Numbered from the stretch's first letter, positions 38,761-51,275 are shown. The stretch is 64,000 bases of DNA from Mustelus asterias (GCF_964213995.1 NC_135801.1:116374001-116438000); one strand, 5' to 3'. Translations and numbers: made by a program. The notes: a model not told the origin generated them from the letters alone.

Positions 38761-39449
38761 AGTACAATCTATCTACTCACTGCATAAAGATATTTTCCTA
38801 CTGTTATTTCTGGCTCTTTTGTCAATCACTTGAAATCTGTACCCGTTTGTTACAGACCCTTCACTAAGTGGAAATAGTTCTTTCTACAGTATTTACTGAA
38901 ACCGTTCATCATTTTAAGCACTTTGATCCATCAAATCTCATCTTGGCCTTCTCTGCACTAAAAGAAACAACAGTGCCTCATCAATCTATTCACATAACTG
39001 GAATCGCTCATCCCTGGACTATTTTACTAAATCTCTTCTGTATTCCCAATGCCTCATGTCCTGGTTTCCCAGAATTGAACACAATATTGAAGTTATAGAG
39101 GTTCAGTATAGCTTTTTGGGTTTTTGTATCCATGGGTGGAATTTTACTGCCCCGTGGAGAGGGTGTGACCGCCATCATAAAGTTGTGGGAAACATGTCAG
39201 AGTGGAGCCATGACATTTTCCTGCTGAAAGGCAAAATTCTCAAGGGCTGCGAGGCAGCAGGCTCAGAAATACTCAGGATGTTAGTGGGCAGGCAATTGAG
39301 GATGTCAAGCAGCCACATCAAGGCATTATCAGAATAGACCAGAATCTGGATATTCTCCAACATCACTCACCACACCTCTCTACCACCTACAGACACAAGT
39401 CAGGAATGTGATGGAATACTCTCCACTTTGTTAGTGGGTGTTATAGATC

Positions 39450-39670
39450 AGCTATGGCTTGGTTGGCAGACCCCACATCCACCTCTGAGACAGAAGGTTA
39501 TGAATTCAAGGTCCACTCCAGGAACTTAAGCCCTTAATCCAAAATAGCACTGAGGTAATGTTGCACTGCTGATATCTCATATTTCAAATACGATTTAAAA
39601 TGGAGGCACATCTGCTCTCTCAGGTAGACATAAAAGATCCCATACCACGATTGCAAAGTAGGTCAAGGAA
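39450..39670 (+). mobile_element. Deu-domain SINE 5' part, truncated by a CR1
   Basis: cctctgagacagaagg ... ctctctcaggtagacataaaagatccca. Confidence 0.65.
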
Positions 39671-39684
39671 GTTGAAGGTCAAGG

Positions 39685-41162
39685 ACGCAAATCTTTGTCT
39701 CGTCACTGGACACAGGTGAGGTCCCAGAGGATTGGAGGATAGCTAATGTGGTCCCGTTATTTAAGAAGGGTAGGAAAGATAACCTGGGAAATTATAGGAC
39801 GGTGAGCTTGACGTCCGTGGTAGGGAAGTTGTTGGAGAGGATTCTTAGAGATAGGATGTATGCGCATTTAGAAAGGAATAAACTCATTAACGATAGTCAG
39901 CATGGTTTTGTGAGAGGGAGGTCATGCCTCACTAACCTGGTGGAGTTTTTTGAAGAAGTGACTAGAATGGTTGACGAGGGGAGGGCCGTGGATGTCGTCT
40001 ATACGGACTTTAGTAAAGCATTTGACAAAGTCCCTCATGGTAGGTTGGTGCAAAAGGTTGGATCTCATGGGATTAAGGGGGAGGTGGCTAGATGGGTGGA
40101 GAACTGGCTTGGTCACAGAGACAGAGGGTGGTAGTAGAAGGGTCTTTTTCCGGCTGGAGGCCTGTGACTAGTGGTGTTCCGCAGGGCTCTGTATTGGGAC
40201 CTCTGCTGTTTGTGATTTATATAAACGATCTGGAAGAAGGTGTAACTGGGGTGATCAGTAAGTTTGCGGACGACACGAAAATGGCTGGACTTGCAGATAG
40301 TGAGGAACATTGTCAGAGGCTACAGAAGGATATAGATAGGCTGGAAATTTGGGCAAAGAAATGGCAGATGGAGTTCAATCCAGATAAATGCGAAGTGATA
40401 CATTTTGGTAGAACTAACGTAGGGGGGAGCTATACGATAAATGGCAGAACCATAAAGGGTGTAGATACGCAGAAGGACCTGGGTGTGCGAGTCCACAGAT
40501 CCTTGAAGGTGACATCACAGGTGGAGAAGGTAGTGAATAAGGCATATGGCATGCTTGCCTTTATAGGACGGGGCATAGAGTATAAAAGTTGGGGTCTGAT
40601 GTTGCAGTTGTATAGAACGTTGGTTCGGCTGCATTTGGAATACTGCGCCCTGTTTTGGTCACCACACTACCAGAAGGACATGGAGGCTTTAGAGAGAGTG
40701 CAGCGGAGGTTTACCAGGATGTTGCCTGGTACGGAAGGGCTTAGTTGTGAGGAGAGATTGGGTAAACTGGGGTTGTTCTCACTGGAAAGACGGAGGATGA
40801 GGGGTGACCTAATAGAGGTGTATAAAATTATGAAAGGCATAGATAGGGTGAACGGAGGGAAGCTTTTTCCCAGGTCGGTGGTGACGTTCACGAGGGGTCA
40901 TAGGTTCAAGGTGAAGGGGGGGAGGTTTAACACAGATATCAGAAGGACGTATTTTACACAGAGGGTGGTGGGGGCCTGGAATGCACTGCCAGGCAAGGTG
41001 GTGGAGGCGGACACACAGGGAACGCTTAAGACTTATCTAGATAGCCACATGAACGGAGTGGGAATGGAGGGATACAAAAGAATGTTCCAGTTTGGACCAG
41101 GGAGCGGCACGGGCTTGGAGGGCCAAAGGGCCTGTTCCTGTGCTGTATTGTTCTGTGTTCTT
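39685..41162 (+). mobile_element. Young 5'-truncated CR1 LINE (RT domain; one frameshift near 40115)
   Basis: NYRTVSLTS, DFSKAFDKVPH, GVPQGSVLGPLLF, KFADDTK, FTQRVVGAWNALP. Confidence 0.95.
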
Positions 41163-41559
41163 TTTTCTTGTAATAATCTCGCCAAAGCCAGTCTTCCATC
41201 AAGCAACACCCTTTATTTACAAATGGAAATGCGCCTCTTCCATGGCTTACAGCTCACCAATCCAAGCCCGACAACCGACATCATGAGAGTCCATGTTGAA
41301 GCTGCTTTTTCCACTGGGTGAACCCCCGCTCACTCAGTAGGGGCGTTCATACTCCACTAAGCCCAGGGGGAGATCTACTCATGCTCCCCATGTCCTTTGT
41401 GGCCAGCATAACAGAGGTTCCGATAGTCCTGCTCCAATTCTATTATTTCACCGTTCAAACGTGCCAGATTGTCCCGTCTTGCTGGGAGCTGATCCACCAT
41501 ACCCCTGCTGGGTAATACTGCCCCACCGGTAACTTTACCTCCACTATCAACCGCAATCA

Positions 41560-42535
41560 TTAAGGATAGGCGGCAACAACACCTCCTCCATGATCATTCG
41601 CAACACTGGTGCCCCACAAGGCTGTGTTCCCAGCCCCCTACTATACTCCTTATACAGCTATGATTATGTAGCCAAATTCCCCTCCAATTCGATTTTCAAG
41701 TTTGCTGACGACACCACTGTAGTGGGTCAGATCTCAAACAATGACGAGACAGAGTGCAGGAATGGGATAGAGAATCTGGTGAACTGGTGCAGCAACAATA
41801 ATCTCTTCCTCAGTGTCAGCAAAACGAAGGCGATAGTCATTGACTTCAGAAAGCGTAGGGGAGAACATGCCCCTGTCTACATCAACGGGGACAAAGTAGA
41901 AAGGGTCGAGAGCTTCAAGTTTTTAGGTGTCCAGATCACCAACAAATTGTCCTGGTCCCCCTATGCCGACACTATGGTTAAGAAAGCCCACCAATGCCTC
42001 TACTTTCTCAGAAGACTAAGGAAATTTGGCATGTCCGCCACGACTCTCACCAACTTTTACAGATGCACCATGGAAAGCATTCTTTCTGGCTATATGACAG
42101 CTTGGTATGGCTCCTGCCCTGCCCATGACCGCAAGAAATTACAAAGGGTCATGAATGAAGCCCAGTCCATCATACAAACCAGCCTCCTGTCCATTGACTC
42201 TGTCTATACTTCCCACTATCTCGGAAAAGCATCCAGCATAATTAAGAACTCCACGCACCTGGGACATTCTCTCTTCCACCTTCTATCAGGAAAAAGTCTG
42301 AGGTCAAGTACCAATCTATTTAAGAACAGCCTCTTCCCTGTTGCCATTAAACTTTTGAATGGACCTACCTCGCACTAAGTTGATCTTTCTCTCCACCCTA
42401 GCTATGACTGTAATACTATTCTGCACTCTCTCCTTTCCTTCTCTATGAACAGTATGGTTTGGCTGTATAACTCGCAAGAAACAATACTTTTCACTGTATA
42501 CTAATACATGTGACAATAATAAATCAAATCAAAGG
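41560..42535 (+). mobile_element. Rex1/Babar LINE 3' fragment with an open 262-aa RT C-terminus
   Basis: TGAPQGCVPSPLLYSLY, KFADDTTVVG, SKTKAIVIDFRK, LYFLRRLRKF; tail gtgacaataataaatcaaatcaaa. Confidence 0.9.
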
Positions 42536-42620
42536 ATGCCAGTGTCTCACTGATGGCGCTTCCCCTCGTCCCCTCGTCTCATTGGATGCCATTCCCTCTG
42601 GCCCCACTGTTTCACTGGGT

Positions 42621-43129
42621 GCTGTTCCCCCGGCTCCGCTGGGTGCCGCTGTCGGGCTCCGCGCTGTTCCCCCGGCTCCGCTGGGTGCCGCTGTCGGACT
42701 CCGCGCTGTTCCCCGTGGCTCCGCTGGGTGCCGCTGTCGGGCTCCGCGCTGTTCCCCGTGGCTCCGCTGGGTGCCGCTGTCGGGCTCCGCGCTGTTCCCC
42801 GTGGCTCCGCTAGGTGCCGCTGTCGGGCTCTGCGCTGTTCCCCGTGGCTCCGCTGGGTGCCGCTGTCGGGCTCCGCGCTGTTCCCCGTGGCTCCGCTGGG
42901 TGCCGCTGTCGGGCTCCGCGCTGTTCCCTGTGGCTCCGCTGGGTGCCGCTGTCGGGCTCCGCGCTGTTCCCTATGGCTCCGCTGGGTGCCGCTGTCCAGC
43001 TCCACGCTGTTACCCGTGGCTCCGCTGGGTGCCGCTGTCGGGCTCCGCGGTGTTCCCCGTGGCTCCGCTGGGTGCCGCTGTCGGGCTCCGCGCTGTTCCC
43101 CGTGGCTCCGCTGGGTGCCGCTGTCGGGC
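42621..43129. repeat. GC/CpG-rich minisatellite, 12 copies (2 x 42 bp, then 43 bp)
   Basis: Unit GCTGTTCCCCGTGGCTCCGCTGGGTGCCGCTGTCGGGCTCCGC; copies start at 42621, 42663, 42705, 42748 ... 43092; few substitutions, no spacers. Confidence 0.97.
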
Positions 43130-43460
43130 GGCTCGCTCCGGCCCGGAAGGGGTGCGCGCCGTTTTTAAACCGCTTGCCGCGGAGATTCGGGTTCCGGCCG
43201 GTGGCAGACGGAAGCGGAGCCACGGGGAAAGGAGCTGTTGCAGCCGGGGAATCCGCGGTAAGGGGATAGAGACCGGGAATGGGGTGAGGTCTGACTCGAA
43301 AAGCTCACTAACTGCCGGGTAAATGGGCGGGGAGGGGAAAGGCCCCTTACCCGGCCCGGGAGGGAGAACCTTTAATTAAAGGACTGGCTGCCTTTCCGCC
43401 GACAGTAATTGTGAGACGCATGCGTACATCCAGACAGGGGTCCATGTCACATGATCACTG
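43130..43460 (+). promoter_or_regulatory. CEP135: CpG-island promoter and putative non-coding exon 1 of CEP135 (donor GCG|gtaagg after 43257)
   Basis: Only CpG island in the window; ETS-type CGGAAG near 43144 and 43209, CTCF-like CCGGCCGGTGGCAG 43194-43207, NRF1-like palindrome ACGCATGCGT 43416-43425, E-box GTCACATGA; the ATG exon of CEP135 begins at an acceptor and so needs an upstream exon. Confidence 0.7.
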
Positions 43461-44204
43461 GCTCCCATCAGAAAGGTTGACCTTGTCTCTGTTCTAAATG
43501 GTCACCCTCTGGTCCATCCTGCTCAATCCCTTGTCTGAAGTTACAACCCTGGCAGCACCGCACCCAACAATTTAACTTTAGTTTCCAAATTCCACCCCTC
43601 TATCACCTTCACATGGCCCATCTCTAACACTTTTCCCTTCCTTGACCTCTCCGTCTCCATTTCTGGTGATAAACTGCCCACTGGTATCCATTACAAGCCG
43701 ATTCCCACAACTACCTTGACTACAGCTCTTCACACCCCGTATCCTGTAAGGACTCCATCCCATTCTCTCAGTTCCTCTGCTGCATCTGTTCTGATGATGC
43801 CACTTTCCAAAATGGCACAGCCAAGATGTCATCCTTCCTCAATTGTGGTTTTCCATCCACTGTGGTTCACAGGGCTCCCATCCCTCAGTCCACTTCTCTC
43901 ACCCCCATGCCTCCCTTCCAGAACTAGGATAGGGTCCACCATGTCCTCACTTTTCATCCCACCAGTCCCTGCATTCAAAGGATCATCCTCCACCATTTCC
44001 GCCAACTCCGCATGATGCCACTACTCAACACATCTTCCTGTCACTCGCCCTGTTAGCATTCTGCAGGGACCATTCGCTCTGAGACACCCTGGTCCACTCC
44101 TCCATCACACCCAACACCTCACCCCTTGACCCTTCCCAGCGCTTCACATGCATCTTCTTCAATCTGATCTATTGCATTTGCTGCCCCCAATGCGGTCTAC
44201 TGTA

Positions 44205-44596
44205 CATAAGAACTAGGAGCAGGAGTAGGTCATCTGGCCCCTCGAGCCTGCTCTGCCATTCAATAAAATCATGGCTGATCTTTTTGTGGACTCAGCTCCA
44301 CTTACTCGTCCGCTCACCATAACCCATAATTTCTTTACTGTTCAAAAATGTATCTATCTTTGCCTTAAAAACATTCAATGAGGTAGCCTCAACTGCTTCA
44401 CTGGGCAGGGAATTCTACAGATTCACAACCCTTTGTGTGAAGAAGTTCCTCCTCAACTCAGTCCTAAATCTGCTTCCCCTTATTTTGAGTCTATGCCCCC
44501 CAGTTCTAGTTTCACCTGCCAATGGAAACTACTTCCCTGCTTCTATCTTATCTATTCCCTTCATAATCTTTTATGTTTCTATAAGATCTCCCCTCA
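44205..44596 (-). mobile_element. CR1 3' fragment inserted in the PLE YIG motif
   Basis: cataagaactaggagcaggag tail; closely resembles the reverse of 28540-28926. Confidence 0.9.
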
Positions 44597-45171
44597 TCGG
44601 AGAGACCAAACGCAGACTGGATGACTGCTTTGCTGAACTTCTTTGGTCCATCCACAAGCAGGACCCAGACCTGTTGCTTGCCACTTCAACACACCACCTT
44701 GTTCTCCTGTCCACATGTCTGTCCTTGGCCTTTTGCAATGTTCGAGAGAAGTCCAACGCAAACTGGGGGAACATCACCTCCTCCCGATTGGGCACTTTAC
44801 AGCCTTCTGGACTGAACATTGAGTTCAACAACTTCAGAGGATGAACTCTCTCCTCCGCCTTCACCCCCTTGCCATTTATTTTATTCCATTTGTTTCTTCT
44901 TTTCATCTCATTCATCCATTTTTATCACCCTTCTTTCTCACTTCCTTTTTCCACTTCTCCATTCCCGATCTCCATCTGCCCGCCACTCCGCCCTGCCCCT
45001 TCAAGGCAACTGCCTTAACAATCTGTACCTCTGTTCTGCCACTCTCACATTCTGATCACTTAATAGACACTTTTAGGAACTTTCTCAGTCTCTTGATCTT
45101 CGTTTACATTCCCTTTGTCCAATTACAGCCCCCCCCAGCCGCCACACCTCCACCCTCAGAGTATCTAGTGT

Positions 45172-47262
45172 CTAGAAGTAGCATTGGCTGAGAGGATTAA
45201 GGTGAATCCAAAGGAATTCTTTAAGAACATTAAAGGAAAAAGAATAACTAGAGAGAGAATAGGACAAGGACCTCAAGGACCAAATAGGACACAAAAGTGT
45301 GGAATCACAGGAGATGGTCGAGGTTCTCAATGAATATTTCTCCTCTGTGTTTACCGTGGAGAAAGACATGAAGACTTGGGAACCTGGGAAATTAGTGATG
45401 ATATATTGGGGACAGTTCGCATTACAGTAGAGGAGGTGATGACGTATTAAAATGTATGAAAGTGGATAAATCTCCTGGCCCTGACCAGGCATATTGAAGA
45501 ACACTGCATGAGGCTAGAGAAGAAATTGCGGGAGCCCTGGCTGAGATATTTGCATCATTGTTAGCCATGGGGTGATGTACCAGAAGACTGGAGGATAGCA
45601 AATGCTGTGCCCTTATTTAGGAAGGGCTACAAAGAAAAACCTGGGAATTATAGACTGGTAAGCCTGACATCTGTGGTGGGTAAATTATTAGAGAGGATTC
45701 TGAGGGATAAGATGTACAAGCATTTGGAAAGACAGGGTTTGATTAGGAGTGGTCAGCACGGCTTTATGCATGGGAGATCATGCCTTACAAACTTATTAGA
45801 GTTCTTTGATGAAGTGACCAGGAAGGTTGATGAGGGTAGGGCGGTAGACATATTCTATATGGACTTCAGTAAGGCCTTTGATAAAGTTACACATGATAGG
45901 CTGCTCTGGAAGGTTAGACCACACAGAATCCAGGGAGAGCTGCCAAATTGGATATACAATTGGCTTGATGGTAAGAAGCAGAGGCTAATGGTGGAAGTAT
46001 GCTTGTCGGGCTGGAGGCCTGTGACTAGTGGTGTGCCTCAGGGGTCAGTGCTGGGCCCATTGCTGTTTGTTATCTATATCAACAATTTAAATGAGAATGT
46101 ACAAGGCATGAGTTTGCAGATGACACTAAAATAGGTGGTGGTGTAGACAGTGAGGAAGGTTACCAAAAATTGCAGCAGGATCTTAATCAGCTGGGGAAGT
46201 GGGCCGAGAATCAGCAAATGGAGTTCAATACAGATAAGTGTGAGGCGTTGCATTTTGGAAAGTCAAATCAAGGTAGGATTTTCACGGTGAATAGGAGGAC
46301 CTTAGGGAGTATCGTGGAATAGAGGGACCTTGGAGTTCAGGCGCACGGTTCTCTAAAGGTGGAGTCACAGGTAGATGGGGCAGTGAAGAAGGCTTTTGGC
46401 ATGTTGGTCTTCATCAGTCAGGGCATTGAGTATAGAAGTTGGGAAGTTATATTGTAGTTGTACAGGATGTTGGTGAGGCCGCACCTTGTGTACAGTTTTG
46501 GTCGCCTTGCTATAGGAAAGATTTGAGGTCACGTACCAACCGACTCAAGAACAGCTTCTTCCCTGCTGCTGTCAGACTTTTGAATGGACCTATCTTGCAT
46601 TAAATTGATTTTTCTCTACACCCTAACTATGACTGTAACACTACATTCTGCATTCTCTCATTTCCTTCTCTATGAAGGGTATGTTTTGACTGTATAGCAC
46701 GCAAGAAACAATACTTTTCACTGTATGTTAATACATGTGACAATAAATCAAAATCAAATCAAAAATCAAGATATTATTAAACTGGAGAGAGTGAAGAAGA
46801 GATTTACAAGGATGTTGCCGGACCCAAGGGACTGAGTTATAGGTAGAGATTGGACTTTTTTCTTTGGAGTGTAGGAGACTGAGGGGTGTAATTATAGAGG
46901 TGTATAAGATCATGAGAGGCATGGATAGAGTGAATGCACTCGGTCTTTTTCCCAGGGTTGGGAATTGAGAAGTAGAGGGCATAGGTCTAAGTTAAGAGGG
47001 GAAAAAATTAATGGGAACGTGAGGAGGAACGTTTTTTACACAGACGGTGGTACATATGTGAAATAAGCTGCCAGAGGATGTGGTTGAGGTAGGGACATTG
47101 TCAACATTTGTAAGAGAATTGGACAGATACATGGATAGGAAGGATTTCGAGGGATATGGGCCAAATGCAGGCAAATGGGGTTAGCTTAGATGGGCAATTT
47201 GGTCGACATGGACCAGTTTGAGCTGAAGGGCCTGTCTCTATGCCGTAGATTCTTTGATTCTC
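45172..47262 (+). mobile_element. CR1 LINE RT region, interrupted by a Rex1 tail (about 46524-46770)
   Basis: NYRLVSLTS, DFSKAFDKV, GVPQGSVLGP; YRKD|I..LERV split by the Rex1 3' end, with aagat at both junctions. Confidence 0.9.
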
Positions 47263-48621
47263 TCCTGGTTTCCTTTGCTCTTAGTTCTGACGAAGGGTCA
47301 TCCAGACTCAGAACGTTGACTGTATTCTTTCTCCACAGATGCTGTCAGACCTGCTGAGATTTTCCAGCATTTTCTGTTTTTGTTTCAGATTCCAGCATCC
47401 GCAGTGTTTTGCTTTTATAATAATTCTTTGATGTTTGAGCCCTCCAATATAACCAGGTCCCAGAATCATAGAGTTTTGCAGCAGAAAAAGAGGACCTTCA
47501 GCTCATCATGTCCGTGCAGCCATCAAGCACCAATTTATTCTAATCCCATTTTCCAGCATCTGGTCCGTGGCTATGGCATTTCAAGAGCTCACCTAAGTGC
47601 TTCTTAAATGTCGTGGGGTTCCTGCCTCTATAGAGGGAGCTGGGCTAAACGTCTGTTGGGACTAGCTGGGAGGGCAGCATGGACTGGTTGGGCTGAAGGG
47701 TTTGTTTCCATGCTGTATTGCTCTATGACTCTGACTCTACCACTCTTTCAAGCAGAGATTCCAGATTCCCACCAATCTCTGAGTGAAAAAGATTTTCCTC
47801 AAATCTATTCTAAATCTCCTGCCCCTTACCTTAAATCTCTGCCTCCCTGGTTATTGACCCTTTTACTAAGAGGAAAAGTTTATTCCTTTTTATTTTCTTT
47901 ATTTGTTTCCTCTGAATTTTTTCCCCCAGGCTTTGTGATATCTGCCTTACCACTGGCTTGGTTGTCTCAGTTAACATTAGTACAAAGTTTTAGAGAAAAA
48001 AATCAGATCATCTGGAAACTTGTTAAAGTTTGGCTTTGATGATGGTACAGCTGGTGTGAAGCTCAAAAGGGTTGTATTATCTCTGAGATGACACCATTGC
48101 ATATCAGAGATGGGTTTCTGGGCTTCTGTGAGGAATTTGCTGCAACCTGAGGTGGAGGGGCAAAAATCTTCTTGATGAGATACTTGTAATATCTTGCAAA
48201 TAGGGGCAACCACCAACTAGATTAACAAATGAACGGTTTAGTAAGGTAAGTAACTATATAGAGAGAGTGACATAAAGGCTACCGTACTCCAGACTCTAAC
48301 TGGCAAGGAAAACCTGCACTTAGCTCCAGGATTTGCATCAAGGCTCCATTGGCTGAACAGGTCACATGACCCTCCAAGAGCTTGCACCTTAAAAGGACAC
48401 ACTACCAAAGTACTTGTACCAGGCTCATCATTGAGGTCAGACCTGGTATCCCCTCTGTCAGTTTCTTGCTAGGGCGTAACAAGCAACCCCTGTGACTAAC
48501 TTTCTTCCTTGGCTACTTAATAATGTTCTCACCTCAGACATTATGTGTTCAAGCTGCACTCCAGGCTTGAACAAAAAAATCAAGTAAAACTACTGGGGCT
48601 GTACTGCACTGTTTGTGCAGA

Positions 48622-49290
48622 TTATAAGAAATAGGAGCTGGAGTAGGCCCTTTGGCCCATTGAGCTTGCTCCGCCATTCAGTAAGCTCTTGGCTAATCTA
48701 ATTGTGGCCTTAATTGCACCTTCCTCTCTGCCCATTATAACCCTCAACTTCCTAATTCTGCCTTGAATATATTCAATGACCCACCTCCACTGTTTTCTGG
48801 GTTAGTGAATAAGAGAAGAAAATCCTTCTCATCTCTGTTTTAAATAGGAAACCCCTAATTTTTCAACTGTGTCCCCTAGTTCTAGATTCCCTTATAAGGA
48901 AATATCATTTCAGCATCTACTGTCAAGTCCCTTCAGAATCTTATGCTTCAATAAGGTCACCTCCCATTCTTTTAAACTCCAATCAGGATAGACACAATCT
49001 GCTCAACTTTTCTTCAAAAGACAACTTCTTCACCCCTGGCATCAACCTAGTGAATGTTTTCTGAACTTCCAATTCAATATATCCCTCCTCAAGTAAGGAG
49101 ATCAAACTGTACACATATTCCAGGTGCAGTCTCACAAATGCCTTGCATTGTTGTGGCAATATTTCCCTACTGTTATACCCTATTCCCCTTGAAATAAAGG
49201 CCAGCATTCTGTTTGCCTTCCTAATTACTTGCTGTACCTGCATGCTAACATTTTGTGATTCTTGTACAAGGACACCCAGAATCCCTCTTG
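48622..49290 (-). mobile_element. Old CR1 3' fragment
   Basis: Minus ORF LGVLVQESQNVSMQVQQVIRKANRMLAFISRG. Confidence 0.82.
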
Positions 49291-49814
49291 CACAATTTTT
49301 TGCAGGTACTGTAAAACAAGGCTCCATCTTTGTTAAGCGTAGTTTTTTGTCCATGAGACTTTTCTTGTTCTGTCTGTAAGTCTGCCATTCCCCCTCTTCT
49401 GTGTTTCATACCGTACCCATATAGATTTCACACATTCATTCATTCATTTATTGAATTTGTACCCTGCAAGTTGAGAGCCAAATGTATCCAATGGGTATCT
49501 GGACTAAAGAGTGTTGCTACATCTATGTAAGAGAAACTGGAGGTTGAGTCCTAGGCTGATTTGAGCTAATTTCCCGAATGTTCATAAAAGCTGCAAGACT
49601 GCCTTGCTTAAAGCATCTTGGGACACCTTTGAGAGATGGAAGGGAGCAAAGTTGCAACCCTTGGAATGTGTCTAGGAGGAGCAGAGGTTTGACAGCATGA
49701 TTGAGATACCCAGGATGGAGGTTTAACAAAGGAATGGCTTCTATTACATGGTGAAAAAAATGGATTGTATTTTTTCTCCAGTTTTCTGCGCTGTGATATT
49801 ATGGACTAGAAATC

Positions 49815-50166
49815 AAATCATAGAAATCATAGAAACCCTACAGTACAGAAAGAGGCCATTTGGCCCATCGAGTCTGTACCGACCACAATCCCACCCAGGC
49901 CCCAGCCCCACATCCCTACATATTTACCCACTAATCCCTCTAACCTACACATCTCAGGACACTAAGGGCAATTTTTAGCATGGCCAATCAACCTAACCCG
50001 CACATCTTTGGACTGTGGGAGGAAACCGGAGCACCCGGAGGAAACCCACGCAGACACGAGGAGTATGTGCAAACTCCACACAGACAGTGACCCAAGCCGG
50101 GAATCGAATCCAGGTCCCTGGAGCTGTGAAGCAGCAGTGCTAACCACTGTGCTACCATGCCGCCCC
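49815..50166 (-). mobile_element. Full-length, low-divergence V-SINE, tail A
   Basis: Intact A box and GATTCGATTCC B box; (tttctatga)n tail. Confidence 0.92.
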
Positions 50167-51275
50167 AATGTTCGGCTTTGGCCAATGTCACGTGGTGAAC
50201 AACATTAGAAACTCTCAGTTTTATATTATTAATGCAAGATTTTTAATATTTTTAATTATATGATGCTGAAGCAATGTGGATATAGAAGTAGTTTAAACCG
50301 TAATCATGAAGTGATAAAACTTAATGCATCAAACCTTCTTGTCATATCAATATCTGCAGAGTACAATTGATGTAGTGAACTCCCCGCAGTTTTACACTGC
50401 TGTCCTTAATAGCTAGTTCTTTGAATAACAAGGAACTATAATTAGAAGGTGCACCATTTAGGAAAGGTGTTTTACTGTGTAGCTCTTTAGCAAATGCATG
50501 CAAGATCTTTGTGTCAACTGTGATTAGAAGCAAGCTTGATATCACACACTGCGTTTGTTGTCTTGTAAACTGACTAAGTCACATAATACTCTTCTAACAC
50601 AGATGCAGGTATTAACTTAATCCCTGCTGCTAGTTTCATATCACATTCACAACTCCTGCTACTGTAGTAAACTACTGCTTAACATAGCATTTCAACAAAC
50701 GGGAACTGAATTGATTAAATTGTAAATTAAGGCCATTCAAAAGGGACTAAATGCCATTTTAGAGTATTTGCAGTGACAAAGAAACTGCTTTGTTCGCTGA
50801 CTTGTTGGAAAAAAATTATAGAATTGAGCTCCAGTTCATTACATGGGAACAGGAGAATGCGCTTTTTGACAAATATGTATGTTCAGCAATTACTGCGTAT
50901 GCAACTTGTTACTCCTGCCCATGGTTCGCTATTGGCAGTGGCCTATCAAAGTGCTCCATTGTGAAAATAATTGCCACCATCACCTCCTGAAAGCAACTTG
51001 CCTTCTGCATTCAAGAACACGTCTTTTGAAATTAGCTTCTGTAGGGAAAATGTGCAACTTCAATTCAAAAGCGGGAAGACAGTGCCTTTTATTGATTTAA
51101 ATATTTTTGCATGTGCTCTGGTGCTTTAATGAGACTGTGACACAAAATGTAAGCAATAGCTCTACCGCACAAAATGCATCTAGTTGTAAAATTATGGACA
51201 AATGCAATTGGGTTTAAGTGTTTTTATTCTTTGGTGTGTGGGTGTCACTGGAAAAGTAAGCTGCCATCCTTAACC

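Larger units (their letters stand above)
43560..47418 (+). mobile_element. Penelope-like element (family B) in three pieces (43560-44205, 44597-45170, 47262-47418), interrupted by two CR1s
   Basis: FHPSITFTW...PFLDLSV...YLDYSSSHP; NLIYCICCPQCGLLYI | GETKRRLDDCFAE (GIY-YIG); pyrimidine-rich 3' UTR; terminus with hammerhead-like motif. Confidence 0.85.

Noticed and set aside
42621-43129. CRISPR-like array
   Set aside because: Units are contiguous with no unique spacers, there are no cas genes, and the context is vertebrate
42510-43322. Long overlapping ORFs on both strands (up to 270 aa)
   Set aside because: Artefact of a stop-free GC-rich 43-bp tandem repeat; the peptides simply cycle through the three frames
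49815-50166. tRNA genes at A/B-box motifs (here and in other SINE heads)
   Set aside because: No cloverleaf; each continues into a SINE body and LINE-derived tail
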